In this document: positions 13,701-30,600 of the stretch, one piece after another
Layout: every line of letters begins with the position of its first letter
Numbering within the stretch: position 1 is the stretch's first letter
Origin: Eledone cirrhosa
Taxonomy: Eukaryota
Direction of reading: 5' to 3'
Length of the DNA: 64,000 bases
NCBI GenBank assembly: GCA_964016885.1
Contig: OZ024744.1
Location: 47,678,001 to 47,742,000 of the forward strand
Translations under genes and position numbers: made by a program
The notes under the pieces: generated by a model
Databases searched by the model: none
What the model was told of the DNA's origin: nothing
What the model saw: only the letters and a program-made list of their open reading frames with translations

Positions 13701-16250
13701 TTAGACTATCAAGAACAGAATACCAACCACATTAGACTATCAAGACCAGAACACCAACAACAAAAGACTATCAAGACCAGAACACCAACCACATTAGACT
13801 ATCAAGAACAGAACACCAACCACATTAGACTATCAAGACCAGAACACCAACCACATTAGACTATCAAGAACAGAACACCAACCACATTAGACTATCAAGA
13901 ACAGAACACCAACCACATTAGACTATCAAGACCAGAACACCAACCACATCACATTAGCCTATCAAGAACAGAACACCAACCACATTAGACTATCAAGACC
14001 AGAACACCAACCACATTAGACTATCAAGACAAGAACACCAACCACTTCACATTAGACTATCAAGACCAGAACACCAACCACATTAGACTATCAAGACCAG
14101 AACACCAACCACATCACATTAGAATATCAAGACCAGAATACCAACCACATCACATTAGACTATCAAGACCTGAACACCAACCACATCACATTAGACTATC
14201 AAGACCAGAACACCAACAACATCACATTAGACTATCAAGACCAGAACACCAACCACATTAGACTATCAAGAACAGAACACCAACAACATTAGACTATCAA
14301 GACCATAACACCAACCACATTAGACTATCAACAACAGAACACCAACCACATTAGACTATAAAGACCAGAACACCAACATCATTAGACTATCAAGACCAGA
14401 ACACCAACCACATTAGACTATCAAGGACAGAACACCAACCATATTAGACTATCAAGACCAGAACACCAACCACATTAGACTATCAAGAACAGAACACCAA
14501 CCACATTAGACTATCAAGAACAGAACACCAACCACATTAGACTATCAAGACCAGAACACCAACCACATCACATTAGCCTATCAAGAACAGAACACCAACC
14601 ACATTAGACTATCAAGACCAGAACACCAACCACATTAGACTATCAAGAACAGAACACAAACCACATTAGACTATCAAGACCAGAACACCAACCACATTAG
14701 ACTATCAAGACCAGAACACCAAACACATTACACTATCAAGAACAGAACACCAACCACATTAGACTATCAAGAACAGAACACCAACCACATTAGACTATCA
14801 AGAACAGAACACCAACCACATTAGACTATCAAGAACAGAACACCAACCACATTAGACTATCAAGAACAGAACACCAACCACATTAGACTATCAAGAACAG
14901 AACACAAACCACATTAGACTATCAAGACCAGAACATTAACAACATCACATAGTCTATCAAGACCAGAACACCAACAACATCACATTAGACTATCAAGACC
15001 AGAACACCACCCACATCACATTAGACTATCAAGACCAGAACACCAAACACATCACATTAGACTATCAAGACCAGAACACCAACCACATTAGACTACCAAG
15101 ACCAGAACACCAACCACATCACATTGGACTATTAAGACCAGAACACCAACCACATTAGACTATCAAGACCAGAACTCCAACCACATTACACTATCAAGAC
15201 CAGAACACCAACCACATCACATTAGACTATCAAGACCATAACACCAACCACATTAGACTATCAAGACCATAACACCAACCACATTAGACTATCAAGACCA
15301 GAACAACAACTAGATCACATTAGACTATCAAGACCAGAACATCAACAATATCATTTTAGACTATCAAGACCAGAACACCAACAACATAACATTAGACTAT
15401 CAAGACCAGAACACCAACCACATCACATTAGACTATCAAGACCAGAACACCAACCACATCACATTAGACTATCAAGACCAGAACACCAACCACATCACAT
15501 TAGACTATCAAGACGTGAACACCAACCACATTAGACTATCAAGACCAGAACACCAACCACATTAGACTATCAAGACCAGAACACCAACCACATTAGACTA
15601 TCAAGACCAGAACACCAACCACATCACATTAGACTATCAAGACCAGAACACCAACCACATTAGATTTCAAGACCAGAACACCAACCACATTATACTATCA
15701 AGACCAGAACACCAACCACAACACATTAGAATATCAAGACCAGAACACCAACCACATTAGACTATGAAGACCAGTACACCAACCACATCACATTAGACTA
15801 TCAAGACCAGAACACCAACCACATCACATTAGACTATCAAGACGTGAACACCAACCACATTAGACTATCAAGACCAGAACACCAACAACATTAGACTATC
15901 AAGACCAGAACACCAACCACATTAGACTATCAAGACCAGAACACCAACCACATCACATTAGACTATCAAGACCAGAACACCAACAACATCACATTAGACT
16001 ATCAAGACCATAACACCAACCATATTAGACTATCAAGACCAGAACACCAACCACATCACATTAGACTATCAAGACCAGAACACCAACCACATTAGACTAT
16101 CAAGACCAGAACACCAATCACATTAGACTATCAAGACCATAACACCAACCACATCACATTAGAATATCAAGACCAGAACACCAACCACATTAGACTATCA
16201 AGACCAGAACACCAACCACATCACATTAGACTATCAAGACCAGAACACCA
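10780..16250. repeat. ~2.76 kb tandem duplication
   Basis: CAACAAAAGA 10996/13758, CTAGAT 12548/15310, AACATAAC 12621/15383 (all offset 2762). ACACCAATCA 13421/16111 (2690, after loss of two 36-mers). Confidence 0.88.
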
Positions 16251-19200
16251 ACCACATTAGACTATCAAGAACAGAACACCAACCACATTAGACTATCAAG
16301 AAAAGAACACCAACCACATTAGACTATCAAGACCAGAACACCAACCACATCACATTAGACTATCAAGACCAGAACACTAACCACATTAGACTATCAAGAC
16401 CAGAACACTAACAACACCACATAGTCTATCAAGACCAGAACACCAACAACATCACATTAGACTATAAAGACCAGAACACCAACAACATCACATTAGACTA
16501 TCAAGACCAGAACACCACCCACATCACATTAGACTATCAAAACCAGAACACCAAACACATCACATAAGACTATCAAGACCAGAACACCAACCACATTAGA
16601 CTACCATGACCAGAACAACAACCACATCACATTAGACTATTAAGACCAGAACACCAACCACATCACATTAGACTATCAAGACCAGAACACCAACCACATT
16701 AGACTATCAAGACCAGAACTCCAACCACATCACATTAGACTATCAAGACCATAACACCAACCACATTAGACTATCAAGAACATAACACCAACCACATTAG
16801 ACTATCAAGACCAGAACACCAACCACATTAGACTATCAAGACCAGAACACCAACCACATTACACTATCAAGACCAGAACACCAACCACATCACATAAGAC
16901 TATCAAGACCAGAACATAAACCACATCACATTAGACTATCAAGACCAGAACACCAACCACATTAGACTATCAAGACCAGAACACCAACCACATCACATTA
17001 GACTATCAAGACCAGAACACCAACCACATCACATTAGACTATCAAGACCAGAACACCAACCACATCACATTAGACTATCAAGACCATAACACCAACCACA
17101 TTAGACTATCAAGACCATAACACCAACCACATTAGACTATCAAGACCAGAACACCAACCACATTAGACTATCAAGACCAAAACACCAACCACATTAGACT
17201 ATCAAGACCAGAACACCAACCACATCACATAAGACTATCAAGACCAGAACATAAACCACATCACATTAGACTATCAAGACCAGAACACCAACCACATCAC
17301 ATTAGACTATCAAGACCAGAACACCAACCACATCACATTAGACCATCAAGACCAGAACACCAACCACATCACATTAGACTATCAAGACCAGAACTCCAAC
17401 CACATCACATTAGACTATCAAGACCAGAACACCAACCACATTAGACTATCAAGACCAGAACACCAACCACATTAGACTATCAAGACCAGAACACCAACCA
17501 CATTAGACTATCAAGACCAGAACACCAACCACATCACATAAGACTATCAAGACCAGAACATAAACCACATCACATTAGACTATCAAGACCAGAACACCAA
17601 CCACATCACATTAGACTATCAAGACCAGAACACCAACCACATCACATTAGACTATCAAGACCAGAACACTAACCACATTAGACTATCAAGACCAGAACAC
17701 CAACCACATTAGACTATCAAGACCAGAACACCAACCACATTAGACTATCAAGACCAGAACACCAACCACATTAGACTATCAAGACCAGAACTCCAACCAC
17801 ATTAGACTATCAAGACCAGAACACCAACCACATCACATTAGACTATCAAGACCAGAACACCAACCACATTAGACTATCAAGACCAGAACACCAACAATAT
17901 CATTTTAGACTATCAAGACCAGAACACCAACCACATTAGACTATCAAGACCAGAACACCAACCACATTAGACTATCAAGACCAGAACACCAACCACATCA
18001 CATTAGACTATCAAGACCAGAACACCAACCACGTTAGACTATCAAGACCAGAACACCAACCACATCACATTTGACTATCAAGACCAGAACACCAACCACA
18101 TCACATTAGACTATCAAGACCAGAACACAAACCACATCACATTAGACTATCAAGACCAGAACACCAACCACATTACATTAGACTATCAAGACCAGAACAC
18201 CAACCACATTAGACTATCAAGACCAGAACTCCAACCACATTAGACTATCAAGAGAAGAACACCAACCACATCACATTAGACTATCAAGACCAGAACACCA
18301 ACCACATTAGACTATCAAGACCAGAACTCCAACCACATTAGACTATCAAGACCAGAACACCAACAACATTAGACTATCAACACCAGAACACCAACCACAT
18401 TAGACTATCAAGACCAGAACTCCAACCACATTAGACTATCAAGACCAGAACACCAACCACATTAGACTATCAAGACCAGAACACCAACCACATCACATTT
18501 GACTATCAAGACCAGAACACCAACCACATCACATTAGACTATCAAGACCAGAAAACCAACCACATCACATTAGACTATCAAGACCAGAACACCAACCACA
18601 TCACATTAGACTATCAAGACCAGAACACCAACCACATTAGACTATCAAGACCAGAACACCAACCACATCACATTAGACTATCAAGACCAGAACACCAACC
18701 ACATTATACTATCAAGACCAGAACACCAACCACATTAGACTATCAAGACCAGAACACCAACCACATCACATTAGACTATCAAGACCAGAACACCAACCAC
18801 ATTAGACTATCAAGACCAGAACACCAACCACATTAGACTATCAAGACCAGAACACCAACCACATTAGACTATCAAGACCAGAACACCAACCACATCACAT
18901 TAGACTATCAAGACCAGAACACCAACCACATTAGACTATCAAGACCAGAAGACCAACCACATTAGACTATCAAGACCAGAACACCAACCACATTAGACTA
19001 TCAAGACCAGAACACCAACCACATCACATTAGACTATCAAGACCAGAACACCAACCACATTAGACTATCAAGACCAGAACACCAACCACATTAGACTATC
19101 AAGACCAGAACACCAACCACATCACATTAGACTATCAAGACCAGAACACCAACCACATTAGACTATCAAGACCAGAACACCAACCACATCAGATAAGACT

Positions 19201-22200
19201 ATCCTGACCAGAACACCAACCATATTAGACAATCAAGAACAGAACTCCAACCACATTACAATATCAAGACCAGAACACCAACCACATCACATTAGATTAT
19301 CAAGACCAGAACACCAACCACATCACATTAGACTGTCAAGACCAGAACACCAACCACATTAGACTATCATGACCAGAACACCAACCACATTAGACTATCA
19401 AGACCATAACACCAACCACATCACATCAGACTATCAAGAGCAGAACACCAACCACATTAGACTATCAAGACCAGAACACCAACCACATTAGACTATCAAG
19501 ACCAGAACACCAACCACATTAGACTATCAAGACCAGAACACCAACCACATTAGACTATCAAGACCAGAACACCAACCACATTAGACTATCAAGACCAGAA
19601 CACCAACCACATTAGACTATCAAGACCAGAACACCAACCACATCACATAAGACTATCAAGACCAGAACATAAACCACATCACATTAGACTATCAAGACCA
19701 GAACACCAACCACATCACATTAGACTATCAAGACCAGAACACCAACCACATCACATTAGACTATCAAGACCTGAACACCAACCACATCACATTAGACTAT
19801 CAAGACCAGAACACCAACAACATCACATTAGACTATCAAGACCAGAACACCAACCATATTAGACTATCAAGAACAGAACACCAACAACATTAGACTATCA
19901 AGACCATAACACCAACCACATTAGACTATCAAGAACAGAACACCAACCACATTAGACTATCAAGACCAGAACACCAACCACAATAGGCTATCAAGACCAG
20001 AACACCAACCACATTAGACTATCAATAACAGAACACCAACCACATTAGACTATCAAGACAAGAACACCAACCACATTAGACTATCAAGAACAGAACACCA
20101 ACCACATTAGACTATCAAGAAAAGAACACCAACCACATTAGACTATCAAGACCAGAACACCAACCACATCACATTAGCCTATCAAGAACAGAACACCAAC
20201 CACATTAGACTATCAAGACCAGAACACCAACCACATTAGACTATCAAAACCAGAACACCAACCACATCACATTAGACTATCAAGACCAGAACACCAACCA
20301 CATTAGACTATCAAGACCAGAACACCAACCACATCACATTAGAATATCCAGACCAGAACACCAACCATATCACATTAGACTATCAAGACCTGAACACCAA
20401 CAACATCACATTAGACTATCAAGACCAGAACACCAACAACATCACATTAGACTATCAAGACCAGAACACCAACCACATTAGACTATCAAGAACATAACAC
20501 CAACAACATTAGACTATCAAGAACATAACACCAACCACATTAGACTATCAAGAACAGAACACCAACCACATTAGACTATCAAGAACAGAATACCAACCAC
20601 ATTAGACTATCAAGACCAGAACACCAACAACATCACATTAGCCTATCAAGAACAGAACACCAACCACATTAGACTATCAAGACCAGAACACCAACCACAT
20701 TAGACTATCAAGACCAGAACACCAACCACATCACATTAGACTATCAAGACCAGAACACCAACCACATTAGACTATCAAGACCAGAACACCAACCACATCA
20801 CATTAGAATATCAAGACCAGAACACCAATCACATCACATTAGACTATCAAGACCTGAACACCAACCACATCACATTAGACTATCAACACCAGAACACCAA
20901 CAACATCACATTAGACTATCAAGACCAGAACACCAACCACATTAGACTATCAAGAACATAACACCAGCAACATTAGACTATCAAGACCATAACACCAACC
21001 ACATTAGACTATCAAGAACAGAACACCAACCACATTAGACTATCAAGACCAGAACACCAACAACAATAGACTATCAAGACCAGAACACCAACCACATTAG
21101 ACTATCAAGAACAGAACACCAACCATATTAGACTATCAAGACCAGAACACCAACCACATTAGACTATCAAGAACAGAACACCAACCACATTAGACTATCA
21201 AGAACAGAACACCAACCACATTAGACTATCAAGAACAGAACACCAACCACATTAGACTATCAAGAACAGAACACCAACCACATTAGACTATCAAGACCAG
21301 AACATTAACAACATCACATAGTCTATCAAGACCAGAACACCAACAACATCACATTAGACTATCAAGACCAGAACACCACCCACATCACATTAGACTATCA
21401 AGACCAGAACACCAAACACATCACATTAGACTATCAAGACCAGAACACCAACCACATTAGACTACCAAGACCAGAACACCAACCACATCACATTGGACTA
21501 TTAAGACCAGAACACCAACCACATTAGACTATCAAGACCAGAACTCCAACCACATTACACTATCAAGACCAGAACACCAACCACATCACATTAGACTATC
21601 AAGACCATAACACCAACCACATTAGACTATCAAGACCATAACACCAACCACATTAGACTATCAAGACCAGAACAACAACTAGATCACATTAGACTATCAA
21701 GACCAGAACATCAACAATATCATTTTAGACTATCAAGACCAGAACACCAACAACATAACATTAGACTATCAAGACCAGAACACCAACCACATCACATTAG
21801 ACTATCAAGACCAGAACACCAACCACATCACATTAGACTATCAAGACCAGAACACCAACCACATCACATTAGACTATCAAGACGTGAACACCAACCACAT
21901 TAGACTATCAAGACCAGAACACCAACCACATTAGACTATCAAGACCAGAACACCAACCACATTAGACTATCAAGACCAGAACACCAACCACATCACATTA
22001 GACTATCAAGACCAGAACACCAACCACATTAGATTTCAAGACCAGAACACCAACCACATTATACTATCAAGACCAGAACACCAACCACATCACATTAGAA
22101 TATCAAGACCAGAACACCAACCACATTAGACTATCAAGACCAGAACACCAACCACATCACATTAGACTATCAAGAACAGAACACCAACCACATCACATTA

Positions 22201-25200
22201 GACTATGAAGACCAGTACACCAACCACATCACATTAGACTATCAAGACCAGAACACCAACCACATCACATTAGACTATTAAGACGTGAACACCAACCACA
22301 TTAGACTATCAAGACCAGAACACCAACAACATTAGACTATCAAGACCAGAACACCAACCACATTAGACTATCAAGACCAGAACACCAACCACATCACATT
22401 AGACTATCAAGACCAGAACACCAACAACATCACATTAGACTATCAAGACCATAACACCAACCATATTAGACTATCAAGACCAGAACACCAACCACATCAC
22501 ATTAGACTATCAAGACCAGAACACCAACCACATTAGACTATCAAGACCAGAACACCAATCACATTAGACTATCAAGACCATAACACCAACCACATCACAT
22601 TAGAATATCAAGACCAGAACACCAACCACATTAGACTATCAAGACCAGAACACCAACCACATCACATTAGACTATCAAGACCAGAACACCAACCACATTA
22701 GACTATCAAGAACAGAACACCAACCACATTAGACTATCAAGAAATGAACACCAACCACATTAGACTATCAAGACCAGAACACCAACCACATCACATTAGA
22801 CTATCAAGACCAGAACACTAACCACATTAGACTATCAAGACCAGAACACTAACAACATCACATAGTCTATCAAGACCAGAACACCAACAACATCACATTA
22901 GACTATAAAGACCAGAACACCAACAACATCACATTAGACTATCAAGACCAGAACACCACCCACATCACATTAGACTATCAAAACCAGAACACCAAACACA
23001 TCACATAAGACTATCAAGACCAGAACACCAACCACATTAGACTACCATGACCAGAACAACAACCACATCACATTAGAATATTAAGACCAGAACACCAACC
23101 ACATCACATTAGACTATCAAGACCAGAACACCAACCACATTAGACTATCAAGACCAGAACTCCAACCACATCACATTAGACTATCAAGACCATAACACCA
23201 ACCACATTAGACTATCAAGAACATAACACCAACCACATTAGACTATCAAGACCAGAACACCAACCACATTAGACTATCAAGACAAGAACACCAACCACAT
23301 TAGACTATCAAGACCAGAACACCAACCACATCACATAAGACTATCAAGACCAGAACATAAACCGCATCACATTAGACTATCAAGACCAGAACACCAACCA
23401 CATTAGACTATCAAGACCAGAACACCAACCACATCACATTAGACTATCAAGACCAGAACACCAACCACATCACATTAGACTATCAAGACCAGAACACCAA
23501 CCACATCACATTAGACTATCAAGACCATAACACCAACCACATTAGACTATCAAGACCATAACACCAACCACATTAGACTATCAAGACCAGAACACCAACC
23601 ACATTAGACTATCAAGACCAAAACACCAACCACATTAGACTATCAAGACCAGAACACCAACCACATCACATAAGACTATCAAGACCAGAACATAAACCAC
23701 ATCACATTAGACTATCAAGACCAGAACACCAACCACATCACATTAGACTATCAAGACCAGAACACCAACCACATCACATTAGACCATCAAGACCAGAACA
23801 CCAACCACATCACATTAGACTATCAAGACCAGAACACCAACCACATCACATTAGACTATCAAGACCAGAACACCAACCACATTAGACTATCAAGACCAGA
23901 ACACCAACCACATTAGACTATCAAGACCAGAACACCAACCACATTAGACTATCAAGACCAGAACACCAACCACATCACATAAGACTATCAAGACCAGAAC
24001 ATAAACCACATCACATTAGACTATCAAGACCAGAACACCAACCACATCACATTAGACTATCAAGACCAGAACACCAACCACATCACATTAGACTATCAAG
24101 ACCAGAACACTAACCACATTAGACTATCAAGACCAGAACACCAACCACATTAGACTATCAAGACCAGAACACCAACCACATTAGACTATCAAGACCAGAA
24201 CACCAACCACATTAGACTATCAAGACCAGAACTCCAACCACATTAGACTATCAAGACCAGAACACCAACCACATCACATTAGACTATCAAGACCAGAACA
24301 CCAACCACATTAGACTATCAAGACCAGAACACCAACAATATCATTTTAGACTATCAAGACCAGAACACCAACCACATTAGACTATCAAGACCAGAACACC
24401 AACAACATTAGACTATCAAGACCAGAACACCAACCACATCACATTAGACTATCAAGACCAGAACACCAACCACGTTAGACTATCAAGACCAGAACACCAA
24501 CCACATCACATTTGACTATCAAGACCAGAACACCAACCACATCACATTAGACTATCAAGACCAGAACACAAACCACATCACATTAGACTATCAAGACCAG
24601 AACACCAACCACATTACATTAGACTATCAAGACCAGAACACCAACCACATTAGACTATCAAGACCAGAACTCCAACAACATTAGACTATCAAGAGAAGAA
24701 CACCAACCACATCACATTAGACTATCAAGACCAGAACACCAACCACATTAGACTATCAAGACCAGAACTCCAACCACATTAGACTATCAAGACCAGAACA
24801 CCAACAACATTAGACTATCAACACCAGAACACCAACCACATTAGACTATCAAGACCAGAACTCCAACCACATTAGACTATCAAGACCAGAACACCAACCA
24901 CATTAGACTATCAAGACCAGAACACCAACCACATCACATTTGACTATCAAGACCAGAACACCAACCACATCACATTAGACTATCAAGACCAGAAAACCAA
25001 CCACATCACATTAGACTATCAAGACCAGAACACCAACCACATCACATTAGACTATCAAGACCAGAACACCAACCACATTAGACTATCAAGACCAGAACAC
25101 CAACCACATCACATTAGACTATCAAGACCAGAACACCAACCACATTATACTATCAAGACCAGAACACCAACCACATTAGACTATCAAGACCAGAACACCA

Positions 25201-27640
25201 ACCACATCACATTAGACTATCAAGACCAGAACACCAACCACATTAGACTATCAAGACCAGAACACCAACCACATTAGACTATCAAGACCAGAACACCAAC
25301 CACATTAGACTATCAAGACCAGAACACCAAACACATCACATTAGACTATCAAGACCAGAACACCAACCACATTAGACTATCAAGACCAGAAGACCAACCA
25401 CATTAGACTATCAAGACCAGAACACCAACCACATTAGACTATCAAGACCAGAACACCAACCACATCACATTAGACTATCAAGACCAGAACACCAACCACA
25501 TTAGACTATCAAGACCAGAACACCAACCACATTAGACTATCAAGACCAGAACACCAACCACATCACATTAGACTATCAAGACCAGAACACCAACCACATT
25601 AGACTATCAAGACCAGAACACCAACCACATCAGATAAGACTATCCTGACCAGAACACCAACCATATTAGACAATCAAGAACAGAACTCCAACCACATTAC
25701 AATATCAAGACCAGAACACCAACCACATCACATTAGATTATCAAGACCAGAACACCAACCACATCACATTAGACTGTCAAGACCAGAACACCAACCACAT
25801 TAGACTATCATGACCAGAACACCAACCACATTAGACTATCAAGACCATAACACCAACCACATCACATCAGACTATCAAGAGCAGAACACCAACCACATTA
25901 GACTATCAAGACCAGAACACCAACCACATTAGACTATCAAGACCAGAACACCAACCACATTAGACTATCAAGACCAGAACACCAACCACATTAGACTATC
26001 AAGACCAGAACACCAACCACATTAGACTATCAAGACCAGAACACCAACCACATTAGACTATCAAGACCAGAACACCAACCACATTAGACTATCAAGACCA
26101 GAACACCAACCACATCACATAAGACTATCAAAACCAGAACATAAACCACATCACATTAGACTATCAAGACCAGAACACCAACCACATCACATTAGACTAT
26201 CAAGACCAGAACACCAACCACATCACATTAGACTATCAAGACCTGAACACCAACCACATCACATTAGACTATCAAGACCAGAACACCAACAACATCACAT
26301 TAGACTATCAAGACCAGAACACCAACCACATTAGACTATCAAGAACAGAACACCAACAACATTAGACTATCAAGACCATAACACCAACCACATTAGACTA
26401 TCAAGAACAGAACACCAACCACATTAGACTATCAAGACCAGAACACCAACCACAATAGGCTATCAAGACCAGAACACCAACCACATTAGACTATCAATAA
26501 CAGAACACCAACCACATTAGACTATCAAGACAAGAACACCAACCACATTAGACTATCAAGAACAGAACACCAACCACATTAGACTATCAAGAACAGAACA
26601 CCAACCACATTAGACTATCAAGACCAGAACACCAACCACATCACATTAGCCTATCAAGAACAGAACACCAACCACATTAGACTATCAAGACCAGAACACC
26701 AACCACATTAGACTATCAAAACCAGAACACCAACCACATCACATTAGACTATCAAGACCAGAACACCAACCACATTAGACTATCAAGACCAGAACACCAA
26801 CCACATCACATTAGAATATCCAGACCAGAACACCAACCATATCACATTAGACTATCAAGACCTGAACACCAACAACATCACATTAGACTATCAAGACCAG
26901 AACACCAACAACATCACATTAGACTATCAAGACCAGAACACCAACCACATTAGACTATCAAGAACATAACACCAACAACATTAGACTATCAAGAACATAA
27001 CACCAACCACATTAGACTATCAAGAACAGAACACCAACCACATTAGACTATCAAGAACAGAATACCAACCACATTAGACTATCAAGACCAGAACACCAAC
27101 AACATCACATTAGCCTATCAAGAACAGAACACCAACCACATTAGACTATCAAGACCAGAACACCAACCACATTAGACTATCAAGACCAGAACACCAACCA
27201 CATCACATTAGACTATCAAGACCAGAACACCAACCACATTAGACTATCAAGACCAGAACACCAACCACATCACATTAGAATATCAAGACCAGAACACCAA
27301 CCACATCACATTAGACTATCAACACCAGAACACCAACAACATCGCATTAGACTATCAAGACCAGAACACCAACCACATTAGACTATCAAGAACATAACAC
27401 CAGCAACATTAGACTATCAAGACCATAACACCAACCACATTAGACTATCAAGAACAGAACACCAACCACATTAGACTATCAAGACCAGAACACCAACAAC
27501 AATAGACTATCAAGACCAGAACACCAACCACATTAGACTATCAAGAACAGAACACCAACCATATTAGACTATCAAGACCAGAACACCAACCACATTAGAC
27601 TATCAAGAACAGAACACCAACCACATTAGACTATCAAGAA
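14800..27640. repeat. ~6.4 kb tandem higher-order duplication
   Basis: GAACATTAAC 14931/21300 and CTAGAT 15310/21679 (6369). TACCATG 16602/23043, AGAGAAGAAC 18251/24692 and AGATAAG 19191/25632 (all 6441). Confidence 0.9.
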
Positions 27641-30600
27641 CAGAACACCAACCACATTAGACTATCAAGACCAGAACAACAACCACATTAGACTATCAAG
27701 ACCAGAACACCAACCACATCACATTAGACTATCAAGACCAGAACACCAACCACATTAGACTATCAAGACCAGAACACCAACCACATCACATTAGACTATC
27801 AAGACCAGAACACCAACCACATCACATTAGACTATCAAGACCTGAACACCAACCACATCACATTAGACTATCAAGACCAGAACACCAACAACATCACATT
27901 AGACTATCAAGACCAGAACACCAACCACATTAGACTATCAAGAACAGAACACCAACAACATTAGACTATCAAGACCATAACACCAACCACATTAGACTAT
28001 CAAGAACAGAACACCAACCACATTAGACTATCAAGACCAGAACACCAACAACAATAGACTATCAAGACCAGAACACCAACCACATTAGACTATCAAGAAC
28101 AGAACACCAACCACATTAGACTATCAAGACCAGACCACCAACCACATTAGACTATCAAGAACAGAATACCAACCACATTAGACTATCAAGAACAGAACAC
28201 CAACCACATTAGACTATCAATACCAGAACACCAACCACATCACATTAGCCTATCAAGAACAGAACACCAACCACATTAGACTATCAAGACCAGAACACCA
28301 ACCACATTAGACTATCAAAACCAGAACACCAACCACATCACATTAGACTATCAAGACCAGAACACCACCCACATTAGACTATCAAGACCAGAACACCAAC
28401 CACATCACATTAGAATATCAAGACCAGAACACCAACCATATCACATTAGACTATCAAGACCTGAACACCAACCACATCACATTAGACTATCAAGACCAGA
28501 ACACCAACAACATCACATTAGACTATCAAGACCAGAACACAAACCACATTAGACTATCAAGAACATAACACCAACAACATTAGACTATCAAGACCATAAC
28601 ACCCACCACATTAGACTATCAAGAACAGAATACCAACCACATTAGACTATCAAGACCAGAACACCAACAACAATAGACTATCAAGACCAGAACACCAACC
28701 ACATTAGACTATCAAGAACAGAACACCAACCACATTAGACTATCAAGACCAGAACACCAACCACATTAGACTATCAAGAACAGAACACCAACCACACTAG
28801 ACTATCAAGAACAGAACACCAACCACATTAGTCTATCAAGACCAGAACACCAACCACATCACATTAGCCTATCAAGAACAGAACACCAACCACATTAGAC
28901 TATCAAGACCAGAACACCAACCACATTAGACTATCAAGACAAGAACACCAACCACATTACATTAGACTATCAAGACCAGAACACCAACCACATCAGATTA
29001 GACTATCCTGACCAGAACACCAACCACATTAGACTATCAAGAACAGAACTCCAACCACATTACACTATCAAGACCAGAACACCAACCACATCACATTAGA
29101 CTATCAAGACCAGAACACCAACCACATCACATTAGACTATCAAGACCAGAACACCAACCACATTAGACTATCATGACCAGAACACCAACCACATTAGACT
29201 ATCAAGACCATAACACCAACCACATCACATCAGACTATCAAGAGCAGAACACCAACCACATTAGACTATCAAGACCAGAACACCAACCATATTAGACTAT
29301 CAAGACCAGAACACCAACCACATTAGACTATCAAGACCAGAACACCAACCACATTAGACTATCAAGACCAGAACACCAACCACATTAGACTATCAAGACC
29401 AGAACACCAACCACATTAGACTATCAAGACCAGAACACCAACCACATTAGACTATCAAGACCAGAACACCAACCACATTAGACTATCAAGACCAGAACAC
29501 CAACCACATCACATAAGACTATGAAGACCAGAACATAAACCACATCACATTAGACTATCAAGACCAGAACACCAACCACATCACATTAGACTATCAAGAC
29601 CAGAACACCAACCACATCACATTAGACTATCAAGACCTGAACACCAACCACATCACATTAGACTATCAAGACCAGAACACCAACAACATCTCATTAGACT
29701 ATCAAAACCAGAACACCAACCACATTAGACTATCAAGAACAGAACACCAACAACATTAGACTATCAAGACCATAACACCAACCACATTAGACTATCAAGA
29801 ACAGAACACCAACCATATTAGACTATCAAGACCAGAACACCAACAACAATAGACTATCAAGACCAGAACACCAACCACATTAGACTATCAAGAACAGAAC
29901 ACCAACCACATTAGACTATCAAGACAAGAACACCAACCACATTAGAGTATAAAGAACAGAACACCAACCACATTAGACTATCAAGAACAGAACACCAACC
30001 ACATTAGACTATCAAGACCAGAACACCAACCACATCACATTAGCCTATCAAGAACAGAACACCAACCACATTAGACTATCAAGACCAGAACTCCAACCAC
30101 ATTAGACTATCAAAACCAGAACACCAACCACATCACATTAGACTATCAAGACCAGAACACCAACCACATTAGACTATCAAGACCAGAACACCAACCACAT
30201 CACATTAGAATATCCAGACCAGAACACCAACCATATCACATTAGACTATCAAGATCTGAACACCAACCACATCACATTAGAATATCAAGACCAGAACACC
30301 AACAACATCACATTAGACTATCAAGACCAGAACACCAACCACATTAGACTATCAAGAACATAACACCAACAACATTAGACTATCAAGACCAGAACACCAA
30401 CAACATTAGACTATCAAGAACAGAACACCAACCACATTAGACTATCAAGAACAGAACACCAACCACATTAGACTATCAAGACCAGAACACCAACAACATC
30501 ACATTAGCCTATCAAGAACAGAACACCAACCACATTAGACTATCAAGACCAGAACACCAACCACATTAGACTATCAAGACAAGAACACCAACCACATTAC

